A stretch of 57,551 nucleotides of DNA from Gemmatimonas sp. (GCA_013824755.1 PNOJ01000003.1:1-57551), one strand, 5' to 3'. Counted from the stretch's first letter, positions 19,357-29,090 are shown. Numbers and translations: made by a program. The notes: generated from the sequence alone by a model not told the origin.

Positions 19357-20157
19357 GTGGGCGCCCTGACACAGGCGACCGCAGCCACGGGACTGCCGGC
19401 GGGCCCGCTGCTCGCCGGCGTCCTGCTGCTGGGCCTGCTGCTCGGCAGCTTCCTGAACGTGGTGGCCTGGCGGCTGCCCCGGGGCGAATCGGTCGCCTGG
19501 CCGGGCTCCCGCTGCCCCGCCTGCGGCCACGCCGTTCGCCCCCGCGACAACCTGCCGCTGCTGGGCTGGCTGCTGCTGCGCGGCCGCTGCCGCGACTGCG
19601 CCGCGCCCATCGACCCGCGCTACCCGCTGACGGAGCTGGCCGGCGGCCTGGCCGCCGTCGCCGCGCTGCTGGCCTCCCCCACCGCGGCGGCCGCCGGCGC
19701 CGTCCTGCTGCTGCTGCTGGCCATGATCGTCGTCTTCCGGACCGACCTCGACCACCGCCTGATCCTGGACGTCGTCACCCTGCCGGGCGTGGTCGCCGGC
19801 CTGCTGCTGTGCCCCCTGCTCGGCACGACGCGCCTCGACGCCCTGCTGGGCGCCGCCGGCGGCTGGCTGGTCCTGGAGGGGGTGCGCCAGGGCTACCGGC
19901 GCTGGCGGGGCCTGGACGGCCTCGGGGGCGGCGACGTCAAGCTGGCCGCCATGCTCGGCGCCTGGCTGGGCTGGCAGGGCGTGCTGCTGACCTTCCTGCT
20001 GGGCTCCCTGGTCGGCGCCGCCGTCGGGATCGCGCTGACCGCGCGCGGGAGCGCCGGGCGGCTCACCGCCCTGCCCTACGGCGTCTTCCTGGCCCCGGCC
20101 GCCGCCGTCGTCGTCTTCTGGGGCCGCGCCGCCTGGACCTGGTACCTCGCCCTGTAG
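19357..20157 (+). CDS. pilD: Prepilin peptidase
   Basis: Motifs GSFLNVV, SRCPACG, GRCRDC, GGGDVKL and PYGVFLA. Confidence 0.92.
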   Translation: MGALTQATAATGLPAGPLLAGVLLLGLLLGSFLNVVAWRLPRGESVAWPGSRCPACGHAVRPRDNLPLLGWLLLRGRCRDCAAPIDPRYPLTELAGGLAAVAALLASPTAAAAGAVLLLLLAMIVVFRTDLDHRLILDVVTLPGVVAGLLLCPLLGTTRLDALLGAAGGWLVLEGVRQGYRRWRGLDGLGGGDVKLAAMLGAWLGWQGVLLTFLLGSLVGAAVGIALTARGSAGRLTALPYGVFLAPAAAVVVFWGRAAWTWYLAL

Positions 20158-20176
20158 GCCGCCTCCGGGGCGGCCT
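20156..20176. terminator. Short hairpin between convergent genes
   Basis: AGGCCGCC-tccgg-GGCGGCCT. Confidence 0.45.
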
Positions 20177-20177
20177 C

Positions 20178-21050
20178 CTACCAGTGGGTGCTGTACATGA
20201 GCATCGGGAACGCGACGAAGCTGCCGCCGTCGCCGACCAGCGGCCGGAACCCGCTCAGCGAGAACGAGTGGCTGTCGCCGAACAGGCGCACGCCGAGGTT
20301 GATGAAGCCTTCTAGGTCGTCGTGCTCGTCCGCGAGCAGCGATGCGGAACTCATGTACTCGACGAAGATCTTGCCGCGCCGCGAGCTCTGGACGTCGCCG
20401 CCGAGGATGAAGGCGAGCTCGGTGTCGCCGTCGTCATCGAAGGTCTGGTTGACGGCGAGGTTCAGGCTCCGGCGCCGGTCGCCCACGCCCGCCACCACCC
20501 CCACCGCCCCGAACTGGACCTCCTCCAGCCGCGTGTAGCTGCCCGTGAGCGCCAGGCCGACCGGCTGCGTCTCGCGGTCGAGGAGGCGCAGCTTGCCGCC
20601 CAGGGAGATCATCAGGACCTCGGACGAGACGGGGAACAGGGTGCCGACGCTCAGGTTGACGGCGTCGGAGAGCGAGGCGCCGTAGTTCAGGAAGAAGAGC
20701 TCGAAGTCGCGGAAGTAGCTGTCCCCCTTGGCCAGGGTGGCCGGCGTGGGGCAGAACATCAGGGAGTTGTAGTCCGGGTCGGTCAGCGCCCCCTGTCGTT
20801 CGACGCCGCGCGCCAGGCGGACGATGCTCGACCGCGCGATCTCCATCCGGCCGAGCGCGGCGGTCTCGAAGACGATCCGGTCCGCGAACTCCTCCAGGAT
20901 CCGGCCCTTCAGCAGGGTGCCGTCGGTGAGCAGCACTTCGTCCGGCGGCGCCGCCCCCGCCGCCGGAGCGCCGCCGAAATCGTTCGGGGCGGCGGCGGCG
21001 GCCGCGGCGAAGAGCAGGACTGCGAGGATCGTGACCCGGGGACGCATCAT
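20178..21050 (-). CDS. Secreted hypothetical protein, possible outer-membrane beta-barrel
   Basis: Signal peptide, alternating beta-strand pattern and C-terminal aromatic residue (YSTHW). Confidence 0.65.
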   Translation of the reverse strand: MMRPRVTILAVLLFAAAAAAAPNDFGGAPAAGAAPPDEVLLTDGTLLKGRILEEFADRIVFETAALGRMEIARSSIVRLARGVERQGALTDPDYNSLMFCPTPATLAKGDSYFRDFELFFLNYGASLSDAVNLSVGTLFPVSSEVLMISLGGKLRLLDRETQPVGLALTGSYTRLEEVQFGAVGVVAGVGDRRRSLNLAVNQTFDDDGDTELAFILGGDVQSSRRGKIFVEYMSSASLLADEHDDLEGFINLGVRLFGDSHSFSLSGFRPLVGDGGSFVAFPMLMYSTHW

Positions 21051-21144
21051 GGCTCACCGTCCGGTTGATGGTGGTGCGGATCCCGCGCCATGGTGACGCC
21101 TCAGGCCCCGGGCCGCCACCGGAAAATGCGGTCGCCGGCGCGAA

Positions 21145-21176
21145 GAAGCCCCCGTCTCGGCCGAGACGGGGGCTTC
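21145..21176 (-). terminator. Terminator of the por operon
   Basis: Perfect 32-bp palindrome GAAGCCCCCGTCTCGG|CCGAGACGGGGGCTTC just past the porB stop. Confidence 0.7.
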
Positions 21177-21196
21177 GCGCTGCGGAGGCCGGCGGC

Positions 21197-22138
21197 TCAG
21201 GCTTCGCCGCAGAGCTTCAGGAGCTTGCGCTGCTCGTCGTCGACCCAGCGCTGGATCTCGACGATGAGGTGCTCGTTGCCCGGCTTGAACAGGTGCTTGA
21301 AGCGCACCTGCTGCTTGAGCCACTCCTCGATGGGCGTGCGGTCGGCCTTCGGCTTGTACGTCAGCTTGTACTCGCCGTTCTCGACCTCGAACAGCGGCCA
21401 GAAGTTGCACTCGGTCGCCATCTTCGACAGCTCGATGCCCAGCGCCGGGTCGAAGCCCCAGCCCACGGTGCACGGCATCAGGATGTTGAGGAAGGCCGGC
21501 CCGTCGACGTCCAGGGCCTTGCGCACCTTCATCTGCAGGTCCTTCCAATGGAAGGGCGTCGTCTGCGCGACGTAGGGGATGTTGTGGGCCACCATGATCT
21601 TCGTGAGGTCCTTGCGGTGGCGGTCCTTCCCCTGCTTCACCTTGCCCGCGGGCGCGGTGGAGGTGTGCGCGCCGAACGGCGTGGCGCCCGAGCGCTGGAT
21701 GCCCGTGTTCATGTACGCCTCGTTGTCGTAGCAGACGTACAGCATGTTGTGGCCGCGCTCCATGGCCCCGGACAGCGACTGCAGGCCGATGTCGTAGGTG
21801 CCGCCGTCGCCGCCGAAGGCGATGAAGTTGATCTTCTCGCGCGGCACGGGCAGCTCGCCCCGCTTCTTCAGGGCGCGGAAGGCGGTCTCGGCGCCCGAGA
21901 TCGTGGCCGCGCAGTTCTCGAAGGCGGAGTGGATGAACGGCGTCTTCCAGGCGGTGTAGGGGAAGATCGTGGTGACGACCTCCATGCAGCCCGTGGCGCC
22001 GCCCACGACCGTGTCCTGTCCCGCGGTCAGCATGATCTGGCGCAGGATGTTCGAGCCCGTGCAGCCGGCGCAGGCGCGGTGCCCGCCGGTGAGGAGGTCC
22101 TCGTTCTTGGAAAGCGTCTGCAGGTTCACAACAGCCAT
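21197..22138 (-). CDS. porB: Pyruvate:ferredoxin oxidoreductase beta subunit
   Basis: Motifs GHRACAGC, ATGC, TPP motif GGDGGTYDIG..YDNEAYMNTG and PC. Confidence 0.93.
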   Translation of the reverse strand: MAVVNLQTLSKNEDLLTGGHRACAGCTGSNILRQIMLTAGQDTVVGGATGCMEVVTTIFPYTAWKTPFIHSAFENCAATISGAETAFRALKKRGELPVPREKINFIAFGGDGGTYDIGLQSLSGAMERGHNMLYVCYDNEAYMNTGIQRSGATPFGAHTSTAPAGKVKQGKDRHRKDLTKIMVAHNIPYVAQTTPFHWKDLQMKVRKALDVDGPAFLNILMPCTVGWGFDPALGIELSKMATECNFWPLFEVENGEYKLTYKPKADRTPIEEWLKQQVRFKHLFKPGNEHLIVEIQRWVDDEQRKLLKLCGEA

Positions 22139-22151
22139 GACGGTCCCTCCT

Positions 22152-23339
22152 TTACAGCCGGACGCCCAGCAGGTTGACGGTTTCGGCCTCGCGGCCCTTG
22201 GCGATCGCCTGCAGCTGCTCGATCAGCGAGACGATCTGCTTGGTGTCGGTGTCGCGGCCGCCGAGCCCGTAGATCCAGTTGTGGATCTTCGGCCGGGCCG
22301 GCAGGTCGTAGAGGGCCGAGCGGATCTCGTTGAAGAGCGGGCCGCCCCAGCCGCCGAAGCTGGCGGACTTGTCCATGACCCCGACCACCTTGGCCTTCGA
22401 CAGGGCCTTGGCGAGCTCCGCCGCCGGGAAGGGGCGGAACATGTGGATCTTCAGCAGGCCCACCTTGACGCCCTTCTCGCGCTGGGCGTCGATGACGTCC
22501 TTGGCCGTGCCGGCCGTCGAGCCGAGCGCCACGATGATCATGTCGGCGTCGTCGGTGCGGTACTCCTCGTAGAACGAGTAGTGGCGGCCGGTGAGTTCGC
22601 CGAACTCCTTGTAGACCTCGGCGATGTACTTCGGCGCCCGCTTGAGCGCCTCGATCTGCGAGAGCTTGTGCTCGAAGTAGTAGTCGGTGAGATCCAGCGG
22701 CCCGACCGTGATCGGGTGGTCCACGTCCAGCAGGGAGTACCCGGTCTTGAGGTCCTTGGGCCCGACGAACTTCCAGGCGTCCTCGTCCGGCAGGATGTGC
22801 AGCGACTCGGACGTGTGGCTGATGATGAAGCCGTCGTAGTTGATCATCACCGGCAGGCGCACGTCCTTGTGCTCGGCGATGCGCCAGCACATCAGGGCGT
22901 GGTCATAGGCCTCCTGGGTGTTCTCGCACCACAACTGGATCCAGCCGGCGTCGCGGCCGCCCATGGCGTCGGAGTGGTCGTTGTGGATGTTGATGTTGCC
23001 GGACAGCGCGCGGTTGACCACCGGCATGCAGATCGGCAGCCGCAGCGAGGCGGCGATGTAGACGACCTCCCACATCAGGGCGAAGCCGGCCGAACTGGTG
23101 GCGGTGAAGGTGCGGGCGCCCGTGGCGGCCGCGCCGATGGCCGCGCTCATGGCCGAGTGCTCGCTCTCGACCAGGATCATCTCGGTGTCGACGACCCCGT
23201 CGGCGACGAAGTCGGCGAACTTGTGCATCATCTCGGTCTGGGGCGTGATCGGGAACGCGGGGGCCACGTGGGGACGAGCCTGCTTGAAGGCGGTCGCCAC
23301 GGCCTCGTTCCCGGTCAGCCCGACGTAGATCTGCTTCAT
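22152..23339 (-). CDS. porA: Pyruvate:ferredoxin oxidoreductase alpha subunit
   Basis: Motifs GNEAVA, FPITPQT, ESEHSA, TATSS and NIHNDHSD. Confidence 0.93.
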   Translation of the reverse strand: MKQIYVGLTGNEAVATAFKQARPHVAPAFPITPQTEMMHKFADFVADGVVDTEMILVESEHSAMSAAIGAAATGARTFTATSSAGFALMWEVVYIAASLRLPICMPVVNRALSGNINIHNDHSDAMGGRDAGWIQLWCENTQEAYDHALMCWRIAEHKDVRLPVMINYDGFIISHTSESLHILPDEDAWKFVGPKDLKTGYSLLDVDHPITVGPLDLTDYYFEHKLSQIEALKRAPKYIAEVYKEFGELTGRHYSFYEEYRTDDADMIIVALGSTAGTAKDVIDAQREKGVKVGLLKIHMFRPFPAAELAKALSKAKVVGVMDKSASFGGWGGPLFNEIRSALYDLPARPKIHNWIYGLGGRDTDTKQIVSLIEQLQAIAKGREAETVNLLGVRL

Positions 23340-23358
23340 GGGACACTCCTTTCCGTGG

Positions 23359-23667
23359 CTACTTCTCGTCGCGGACCATGACGATGGCCGCTTTCCCCTT
23401 GGCGGCGGGCGGGCAGTGCTGCGCACAGATCCCGCAACCCTTGCAGTGCTCGAAGACGAAGCCCGTCATGACGGTCTTCTCGCCGGTGCTGTCGATGGCC
23501 ACGGCCGAATCCGGGCAGTAGATCCAGCAGAACATGCAGTGGATGCAGTTCTCGGGGACCCACTGCGGCACGTTCGAGCGCCAGTCGCCCGTCTTGAAGG
23601 CGGCGGCGTTGCCGGCCTCGGTGATGATGCCGCCCTCGTTCAGGCTGGAAGTCGGGATGAGGCTCAT
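23359..23667 (-). CDS. porD: Pyruvate:ferredoxin oxidoreductase delta subunit (2x[4Fe-4S])
   Basis: Motifs TGDWR, CIHCMFCWIYCP and CKGCGICAQHCP. Confidence 0.92.
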   Translation of the reverse strand: MSLIPTSSLNEGGIITEAGNAAAFKTGDWRSNVPQWVPENCIHCMFCWIYCPDSAVAIDSTGEKTVMTGFVFEHCKGCGICAQHCPPAAKGKAAIVMVRDEK

Positions 23668-24245
23668 TCGGACACCAACTCCTTGTAGGCCCTTTCCACG
23701 GCGGTGACGTTCCCGTCGATGACGGCCTGGCTGAACTTCTTTTTGAAGCGCACGACCAGCGAGGAGACCAGGTTCTCCAGGGTGATCACGTCGGCCACCG
23801 CGGCCAGCGCGCCGATCATCGGCATGTTGGGGATCGGCCGCCCGAAGCATTCCTGGGCGATGAGCGAGGCGTCCACGGTGTGGACCTTGCCGCCCTTGAT
23901 GCCGAGCCGCTTGCGGATGTTGGCGGGGGTCTCGACGGTGTTGATCAGGAAGACCGTGTTGTCGCTGGCGCCGTCGGGCACGCCCGCGGCCTTGGAGTCC
24001 AGCAGCGTGGGGTCGAGCACGATCACGTAGTCGGGCTCGGCGATGCTGCAGTGCAGGCGGATCGGGGCGTCGGAGATGCGGGTGAACCCGCGCACGGGGG
24101 CGCCTCGCCGTTCGGGGCCGTACTCGGGGAAGCCCTGGCTGTGCTTGCCTTGGTCGAGGACGGCCTCGGCCAGGAAGATCGCCGCCGTCTTGGCCCCCTG
24201 TCCGCCGCGGCCGTGCCAGCGGATCTCAGTGGTCGCTGCTGCCAT
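23664..24245 (-). CDS. porC: Pyruvate:ferredoxin oxidoreductase gamma subunit
   Basis: Motifs EIRWHGRGGQG and PEYGPERRGAP. Confidence 0.93.
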   Translation of the reverse strand: MAAATTEIRWHGRGGQGAKTAAIFLAEAVLDQGKHSQGFPEYGPERRGAPVRGFTRISDAPIRLHCSIAEPDYVIVLDPTLLDSKAAGVPDGASDNTVFLINTVETPANIRKRLGIKGGKVHTVDASLIAQECFGRPIPNMPMIGALAAVADVITLENLVSSLVVRFKKKFSQAVIDGNVTAVERAYKELVSE

Positions 24246-24355
24246 GATCCATCACGCTCCTTGCACCGGATCTGGGGGCGGGGGCCGGCCGGGTCCCCGC
24301 TGTATCGTTCCGTTAACAAAGGTAGTGCCTGCGGCATGAGGGTCAAATGAAATGC

Positions 24356-24590
24356 TTCTGGCTCGAAGATTGTCCCTCGCCAAGCGCTTGATGTGGTGCG
24401 ACTTGGACATGCAGAGGCCACGTTGACAGGGGACGCGCGCCGGGCACCTCGTGTGCCCGGCGCGCTTGACTTGCGGCCTCCTGCGCCCTCCTGGCGCAGG
24501 AGGCCTCCAGACACCCCTGTCAACGTGGCCTCTGCATGTCCAAGTCGAACAGCATCATGGCGTTGAGCAGGGACAATCTTCAGGCCAGAA
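24356..24590. repeat. Palindromic element copy 1 (34-bp perfect arms, 81-nt two-hairpin core, imperfect outer arms)
   Basis: Arms 24399-24432 and 24514-24547 are exact reverse complements. Inner 13-bp hairpins lie at 24435-24465 and 24475-24505. Homologous to 40146-40302. Confidence 0.92.
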
Positions 24591-24654
24591 CTGTGGCGAT
24601 CTGGTATCCTCGTGCGCGGATCGGACGCGGTACCCGCAATGCGGAGGTTTTTCG

Positions 24655-25764
24655 TTGCGCGACAGCGTGTTGCACAGGCGGTACCGCCTCGGTGGCGTGA
24701 CGACCGACTACCGGTGCGCGCCGACGGGGTTGGCTTCGCTGGCGGAACGGCTGGGGGGGCGGCCGGCCGTGGCGGTCGTGGACCGGGCGGTGGTGCGGCT
24801 GCACGCGGAACGGCTGGCGGCGGTGCTGCGGGATGGGGACGGGGCTCCCCTGCCTCGGCTGGTCGTGGCCGGCGGCGAAGCCGCCAAGACCGTGGCGAAC
24901 CTCGAGCGCGCCTGGGAGTGGCTGGCCGCACGACGGCTGACGCGCGACGGCGTGGTCGTCGGGGTGGGCGGCGGCGCGGTGCTGGACCTCGCCGGTTTCG
25001 CGGCGGCGACCTGGCAGCGCGGCGTGCGTTTCGTCGCCGCGCCCACGACGCTGCTGGCGGCGGTGGACGCCGGGCTGGGCGGCAAGACCGCCGTCGACCT
25101 GGGGGCGTTGAAGAACCCCGTCGGCGCCTTCCATCCCGCCACGGACGTGCTGGTCGAGACGGACCTGCTCGGCACGCTGACGCGACGCGACTGGCGCTGC
25201 GGGCTGGCCGAGACGGTCAAGGCCGCGGTGATCGCCGCCGCGCCCCTGTTCCGCGACCTGGAGGCGCGGGCGCCCGATCTCGCGGGCCTGCTGGCCCACG
25301 GCCGCGCCGACCGGGTCGTGCCCGGAATCGCGGACCTGCCCTGGACCTCGTGGATCGACGGCGCGGTGCGGGTGAAGGGCCGGCTGGTCGCGCTCGACTT
25401 CCGCGAGGCCGGACCGCGACGGGCGCTGAATCTCGGGCACACGCTCGGGCACGCGCTGGAACTGCAGCTGGGCCTGGCGCACGGCGAGGCCGTGGCGCTG
25501 GGCCTGGCGGCGGCCGCGCGCCTGGCCGCGGCGCGCGGGACCTGCCCGCGACGGGACGCCGACCGCATCGTCGCGTTGCTGGCGGCCTGCGGGCTGGCGG
25601 TGGCGGCGACCCCGCCGCCGCGGCGCGCGACCGCCGCCCTGGTCGCCGGCGACAAGAAGGCGCGCGGCGGCGAGGTGCGCTGGGTGCTGCCGCTGCGGAT
25701 CGGCGCGGTGGACATCGACGCGCGCGTCGGGTTGGACGACATGCTGGCGGCGCTCTCGGGCTAG
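24655..25764 (+). CDS. aroB: 3-dehydroquinate synthase family protein
   Basis: Motifs GGGAVLDLAGFAA, PTTLLAAVDA..GGKT, KNPVGAF, LNLGHTLGHALE and HGEAVA. GGAGG RBS before TTG 24655. Confidence 0.85.
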   Translation: MRDSVLHRRYRLGGVTTDYRCAPTGLASLAERLGGRPAVAVVDRAVVRLHAERLAAVLRDGDGAPLPRLVVAGGEAAKTVANLERAWEWLAARRLTRDGVVVGVGGGAVLDLAGFAAATWQRGVRFVAAPTTLLAAVDAGLGGKTAVDLGALKNPVGAFHPATDVLVETDLLGTLTRRDWRCGLAETVKAAVIAAAPLFRDLEARAPDLAGLLAHGRADRVVPGIADLPWTSWIDGAVRVKGRLVALDFREAGPRRALNLGHTLGHALELQLGLAHGEAVALGLAAAARLAAARGTCPRRDADRIVALLAACGLAVAATPPPRRATAALVAGDKKARGGEVRWVLPLRIGAVDIDARVGLDDMLAALSG

Positions 25765-25788
25765 GTTCGTCCGGCACCGGACGCACGG

Positions 25789-25813
25789 AGGGCCACCCCG
25801 CTGGGGTGGCCCT
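25789..25813. terminator. Bidirectional terminator
   Basis: AGGGCCACCCC-gct-GGGGTGGCCCT followed by TT, between convergent genes. Confidence 0.65.
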
Positions 25814-25837
25814 TTCGCGTACCCGCGGTGCGCCGCG

Positions 25838-28800
25838 CTACTTCGCCAGCACCAGCTTGGCCGAGCGTTGCTCCCCGCCCGTCGCGACGCGCAGCAGGTA
25901 GACGCCGGCGGCGGCGGCGCCGCCGTCCTCGTCGCGCCCGTCCCAGACCGCCTCGTGCCGGCCGGCGGCCAGGTCCGCGTCCGCGAGGGTGCGCACGCTG
26001 CGGCCGCGCATGTCGTAGATCCGCACCTCGACGCGCCCGGCGCGGGGCACGTCGAAGCGGATCGTGGTGCGGGGGTTGAACGGGTTGGGGACCACGTCCG
26101 CGATGGCCAGCGCGCGCGGCGCGTCGCCGGCGGCGGTGGCGCCCGTCGTCACCGTCGCCGAGTACCCGCCGACGTGGCCGTCCTGGTCCACCGCCACCAC
26201 CACGAAGTGGCCGTCGGACTGCGCCGACGCGAAGGCGTGGCCGGGGTGCGCGACGACGCCGGCCACGTGGGCGGCGTCCGGCTGCGTCGCCGCGTCCGGC
26301 AAGCGGTAGACGACGTAGTGGTCGACGTCCGGCTCGGCGTTGGGCGCCCAGTCGAGCGCGACGCCCGTGAGCGCCACCTGGGTCAGGCTGAGCTGGGCGA
26401 CCGCCGCCGGCGCGACCGGCGTGCAGCCGGGCCCGCCGTACGCGCCGATGTCGGCCCGCGAGCCGTCGGGATCGAGGCAGGCGGGATCGGGATCGCCGCG
26501 GTCCAGGCAGGGCGAGTGCAGGGCCAGCGCGTAGTCCCCGGCCGCAGCGGCGCAGAAGCCCGGCTCGGCCAGGATGTCGTGGGCGCCGCCCGTCAGGCCC
26601 ACATAGTCGCCGCCCGGGTTGTTCCACAGGACGTTGTGGTCGCCGACGAAGCTGGCGGTGCTGCCCGCCAGGCCGCCGTGCGCGTTGTCGGCGACGACGC
26701 AGTTGCGCAGGACCGTCGAACCGACGCCGGTCAGGAACACGCAGCCGAAGCCGGTGCCCGTGCTGTCGAGCAGCAGCGTGTTCTCGATCCGGACGACGGG
26801 CGACGAGTCCGCCGCCAGGGTCGCGCCGAGCACGGCGGCGGCGTTGCCCGTGAAGACGGCGTTGCGCACGTCGAGATCGGCTCCCGCGACGTTCACCGCG
26901 CCGCCGCGGTCGATCCGGGCCGAGTTGTCGTCGTAGAGGCCGCCCTCGACGACGAGGCTGCCGCCCACGACGTGGAAGGCGCCGCCCTTGGCGTCCGCGC
27001 GGTTGCCGACGGCGGCGACGTCCCGCGCGACCACCGTCGAGCCGCTCGCCGACAGGGCCGCTCCCGCCGCGCAGCGGCGGTTGCCCGTGAAGGTCTCGCC
27101 GATCAGGTCCAGCCGGCTGTCGAGGGCGTAGACGCCCGCGCCCTCGTGCCCGGCGACGCTGTCCATGCAGGCGTTCTGCAGGTACTGGTTGCCGGTCAGC
27201 ACCGCGCCGTCGGCGTTGATCAGGGCCACGGCGCCGCCCAGGTCGGCCCGGTTGCCCTGGAACACGCAACCCTCGATGCGGGGCGCGCCGTTGACGACGA
27301 TGATGGCGCCGCCGGCCCCGTCGCCGTTGAAGGGGTTGGCCGTGTTGTTCGTGAACACGCAGTCCCGGATGGTGGGCGAGGAACCGTTGATGTAGATGGC
27401 CCCGCCGTGGCGGCCGAAGAACGGGACGCTGCTGATCCCGCCGACGCAGTCGTGGAACTCGAAGCCGACGACGCCGGCGTAGCCGTCGAGGCCGCCGACG
27501 AAGCCCATCGCGCTGTCGATCGACTGCAGACGCGTCGCGCCCGGCGAGGGGTTGCGCGCGGTGAAGGCCGGGTTCCAGCCGCCGATGATGGTGGTCGGCG
27601 TGGTGACGGCCACGCGCTCGGCGTAGTCGCCGGCGGCGACGAGCACGGTGTCGCGGCCGGTGCAGGCGACCAGCGCGGCGGCCAGGCTGCGGGCGGCCGT
27701 GGCGACCGACTCGTAGGGCGCGACGTCGCCGCCGGTCGGCGAGACGTAGCGCGTGCGGTGGCCGAGCAGGCGCATCCGGTCCGGGGAGACGCCGAAACCC
27801 CGCCGCGTGTCGCCCAGCGGGACGACGCAGAACTTGAGCAGCGTCGTGGAATGGTTCGGCAGGGTCCACAGGTAGTGGCCGGTGTTGGGCACGTCGTCCG
27901 CGATCTTGGTGTCGAGGTAGCCGTCGAGGGACGCCCAGATGTCCACCGTGGCCGCGGCGGCGCCGCTCGTGGTCCAGGCGATGTCGACCGTCTCGCCCGC
28001 CAGGTAGTCGCGGTCGTCCAGGGGGCCGAGCACCGTGACGCTCGTCGGCGGCACCAGCAGGTCGATCTGGGTCGTCGAGGAACCGATCAGCGACACCCCG
28101 TACTTGATGGTGAAGTACCCGCCCTCACCGAAGCTGGGGCCCCAGGAGTTCTTGCAGATCCAGCCGCCGGTGCCGCCGCAGGCCCGGTCGTCCCAGCCGA
28201 CGATCAGGATCAGGTGGTTCGTGTAGGGACCGACGTTGTCGGTGTAGCAGCCGGTGCCGTAGCTCGGGAAGGGCTCGTCGGCGTTGAAGGCCGAGCAGAC
28301 GGGGCCGTCGAGCAGGGCGGTCTTGATCTGCGTCACGTTGTTCGAAACGTAGTGCCAACTCGTCACGAAGCCGAAGGGCAGGTGGGCGGACTGGGTGCAG
28401 GTGCTGACGGTGCCCTCGGTGTACGGGATGTCCTCCTCGTGGACGGCTCCGTAGGTCATCGCCACGTTGTAGACGGCCGAGGCCCAGCCGCCGTCGCAGT
28501 CGGCGCCGTACGAGTTGCAGAGGATCATCTGCTGTTCCGACAGGTTCAGGTCCTGGCCGTAGAAGATCTTGAGATGCGACTCGATCTGCCCGATCGCGGC
28601 GAAGGCCCAGCACGAGCCGCAGCCGCCCTGGTCCTTGACCGAGGTCAGGCCGTCCAGGCTCACCCAGCTGAAGTTCGACGGCAGGTCGACCTTGTCCGTC
28701 GGGTAGATCTTCAGGTGGTCGAGATACTCGCGCTGGTAGTCCGGCGGCAGTTCGAAGCCGTACAGGTTGGCGCGACGCTCCGGCGTCAGGCTGTCGGTGA

Positions 28801-28936
28801 ACGCCGTCGTCGACTCCCAGGTCACGCCGGACTGGGCGAAGGCCGCCCCGGCGGCGGCGGCGACCAGCAGGCAGGCGAGGGCGGCCGAGCGGGTCCTCGT
28901 GATCACGGAAGCACAAAAAAGTTTACGCGGACGCAT
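25838..28936 (-). CDS. Secreted papain-like (C1A) cysteine protease with beta-helix repeats and C-terminal FlgD-Ig-like domain
   Basis: Catalytic motifs QGGCGSCWAF, NH.ILIVGW and KNSWG. GGAI/F..N.A repeats, then PNPFNP...WDGRD...AGVY at the C-terminus. Confidence 0.9.
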   Translation of the reverse strand: MRPRKLFCASVITRTRSAALACLLVAAAAGAAFAQSGVTWESTTAFTDSLTPERRANLYGFELPPDYQREYLDHLKIYPTDKVDLPSNFSWVSLDGLTSVKDQGGCGSCWAFAAIGQIESHLKIFYGQDLNLSEQQMILCNSYGADCDGGWASAVYNVAMTYGAVHEEDIPYTEGTVSTCTQSAHLPFGFVTSWHYVSNNVTQIKTALLDGPVCSAFNADEPFPSYGTGCYTDNVGPYTNHLILIVGWDDRACGGTGGWICKNSWGPSFGEGGYFTIKYGVSLIGSSTTQIDLLVPPTSVTVLGPLDDRDYLAGETVDIAWTTSGAAAATVDIWASLDGYLDTKIADDVPNTGHYLWTLPNHSTTLLKFCVVPLGDTRRGFGVSPDRMRLLGHRTRYVSPTGGDVAPYESVATAARSLAAALVACTGRDTVLVAAGDYAERVAVTTPTTIIGGWNPAFTARNPSPGATRLQSIDSAMGFVGGLDGYAGVVGFEFHDCVGGISSVPFFGRHGGAIYINGSSPTIRDCVFTNNTANPFNGDGAGGAIIVVNGAPRIEGCVFQGNRADLGGAVALINADGAVLTGNQYLQNACMDSVAGHEGAGVYALDSRLDLIGETFTGNRRCAAGAALSASGSTVVARDVAAVGNRADAKGGAFHVVGGSLVVEGGLYDDNSARIDRGGAVNVAGADLDVRNAVFTGNAAAVLGATLAADSSPVVRIENTLLLDSTGTGFGCVFLTGVGSTVLRNCVVADNAHGGLAGSTASFVGDHNVLWNNPGGDYVGLTGGAHDILAEPGFCAAAAGDYALALHSPCLDRGDPDPACLDPDGSRADIGAYGGPGCTPVAPAAVAQLSLTQVALTGVALDWAPNAEPDVDHYVVYRLPDAATQPDAAHVAGVVAHPGHAFASAQSDGHFVVVAVDQDGHVGGYSATVTTGATAAGDAPRALAIADVVPNPFNPRTTIRFDVPRAGRVEVRIYDMRGRSVRTLADADLAAGRHEAVWDGRDEDGGAAAAGVYLLRVATGGEQRSAKLVLAK

Positions 28937-29090
28937 CGGCTGCCTTTCGTCCGAACCCGGTGGATGGTGCGGGATGTCGCGGCGGCGGCGATCGGACGCC
29001 ACGGCTCCATGATACCACGCCGACCGGCCGCGGGGCAAACCCGCCCTGCGCCCATCCCCGCTCGCGACATGCAACGTGTTTCGCGACAAC

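Noticed and set aside
24655-25764. aroB-like gene as a secondary-metabolite sugar-phosphate cyclase
   Set aside because: Its motifs match ordinary 3-dehydroquinate synthase and there are no biosynthetic neighbours.
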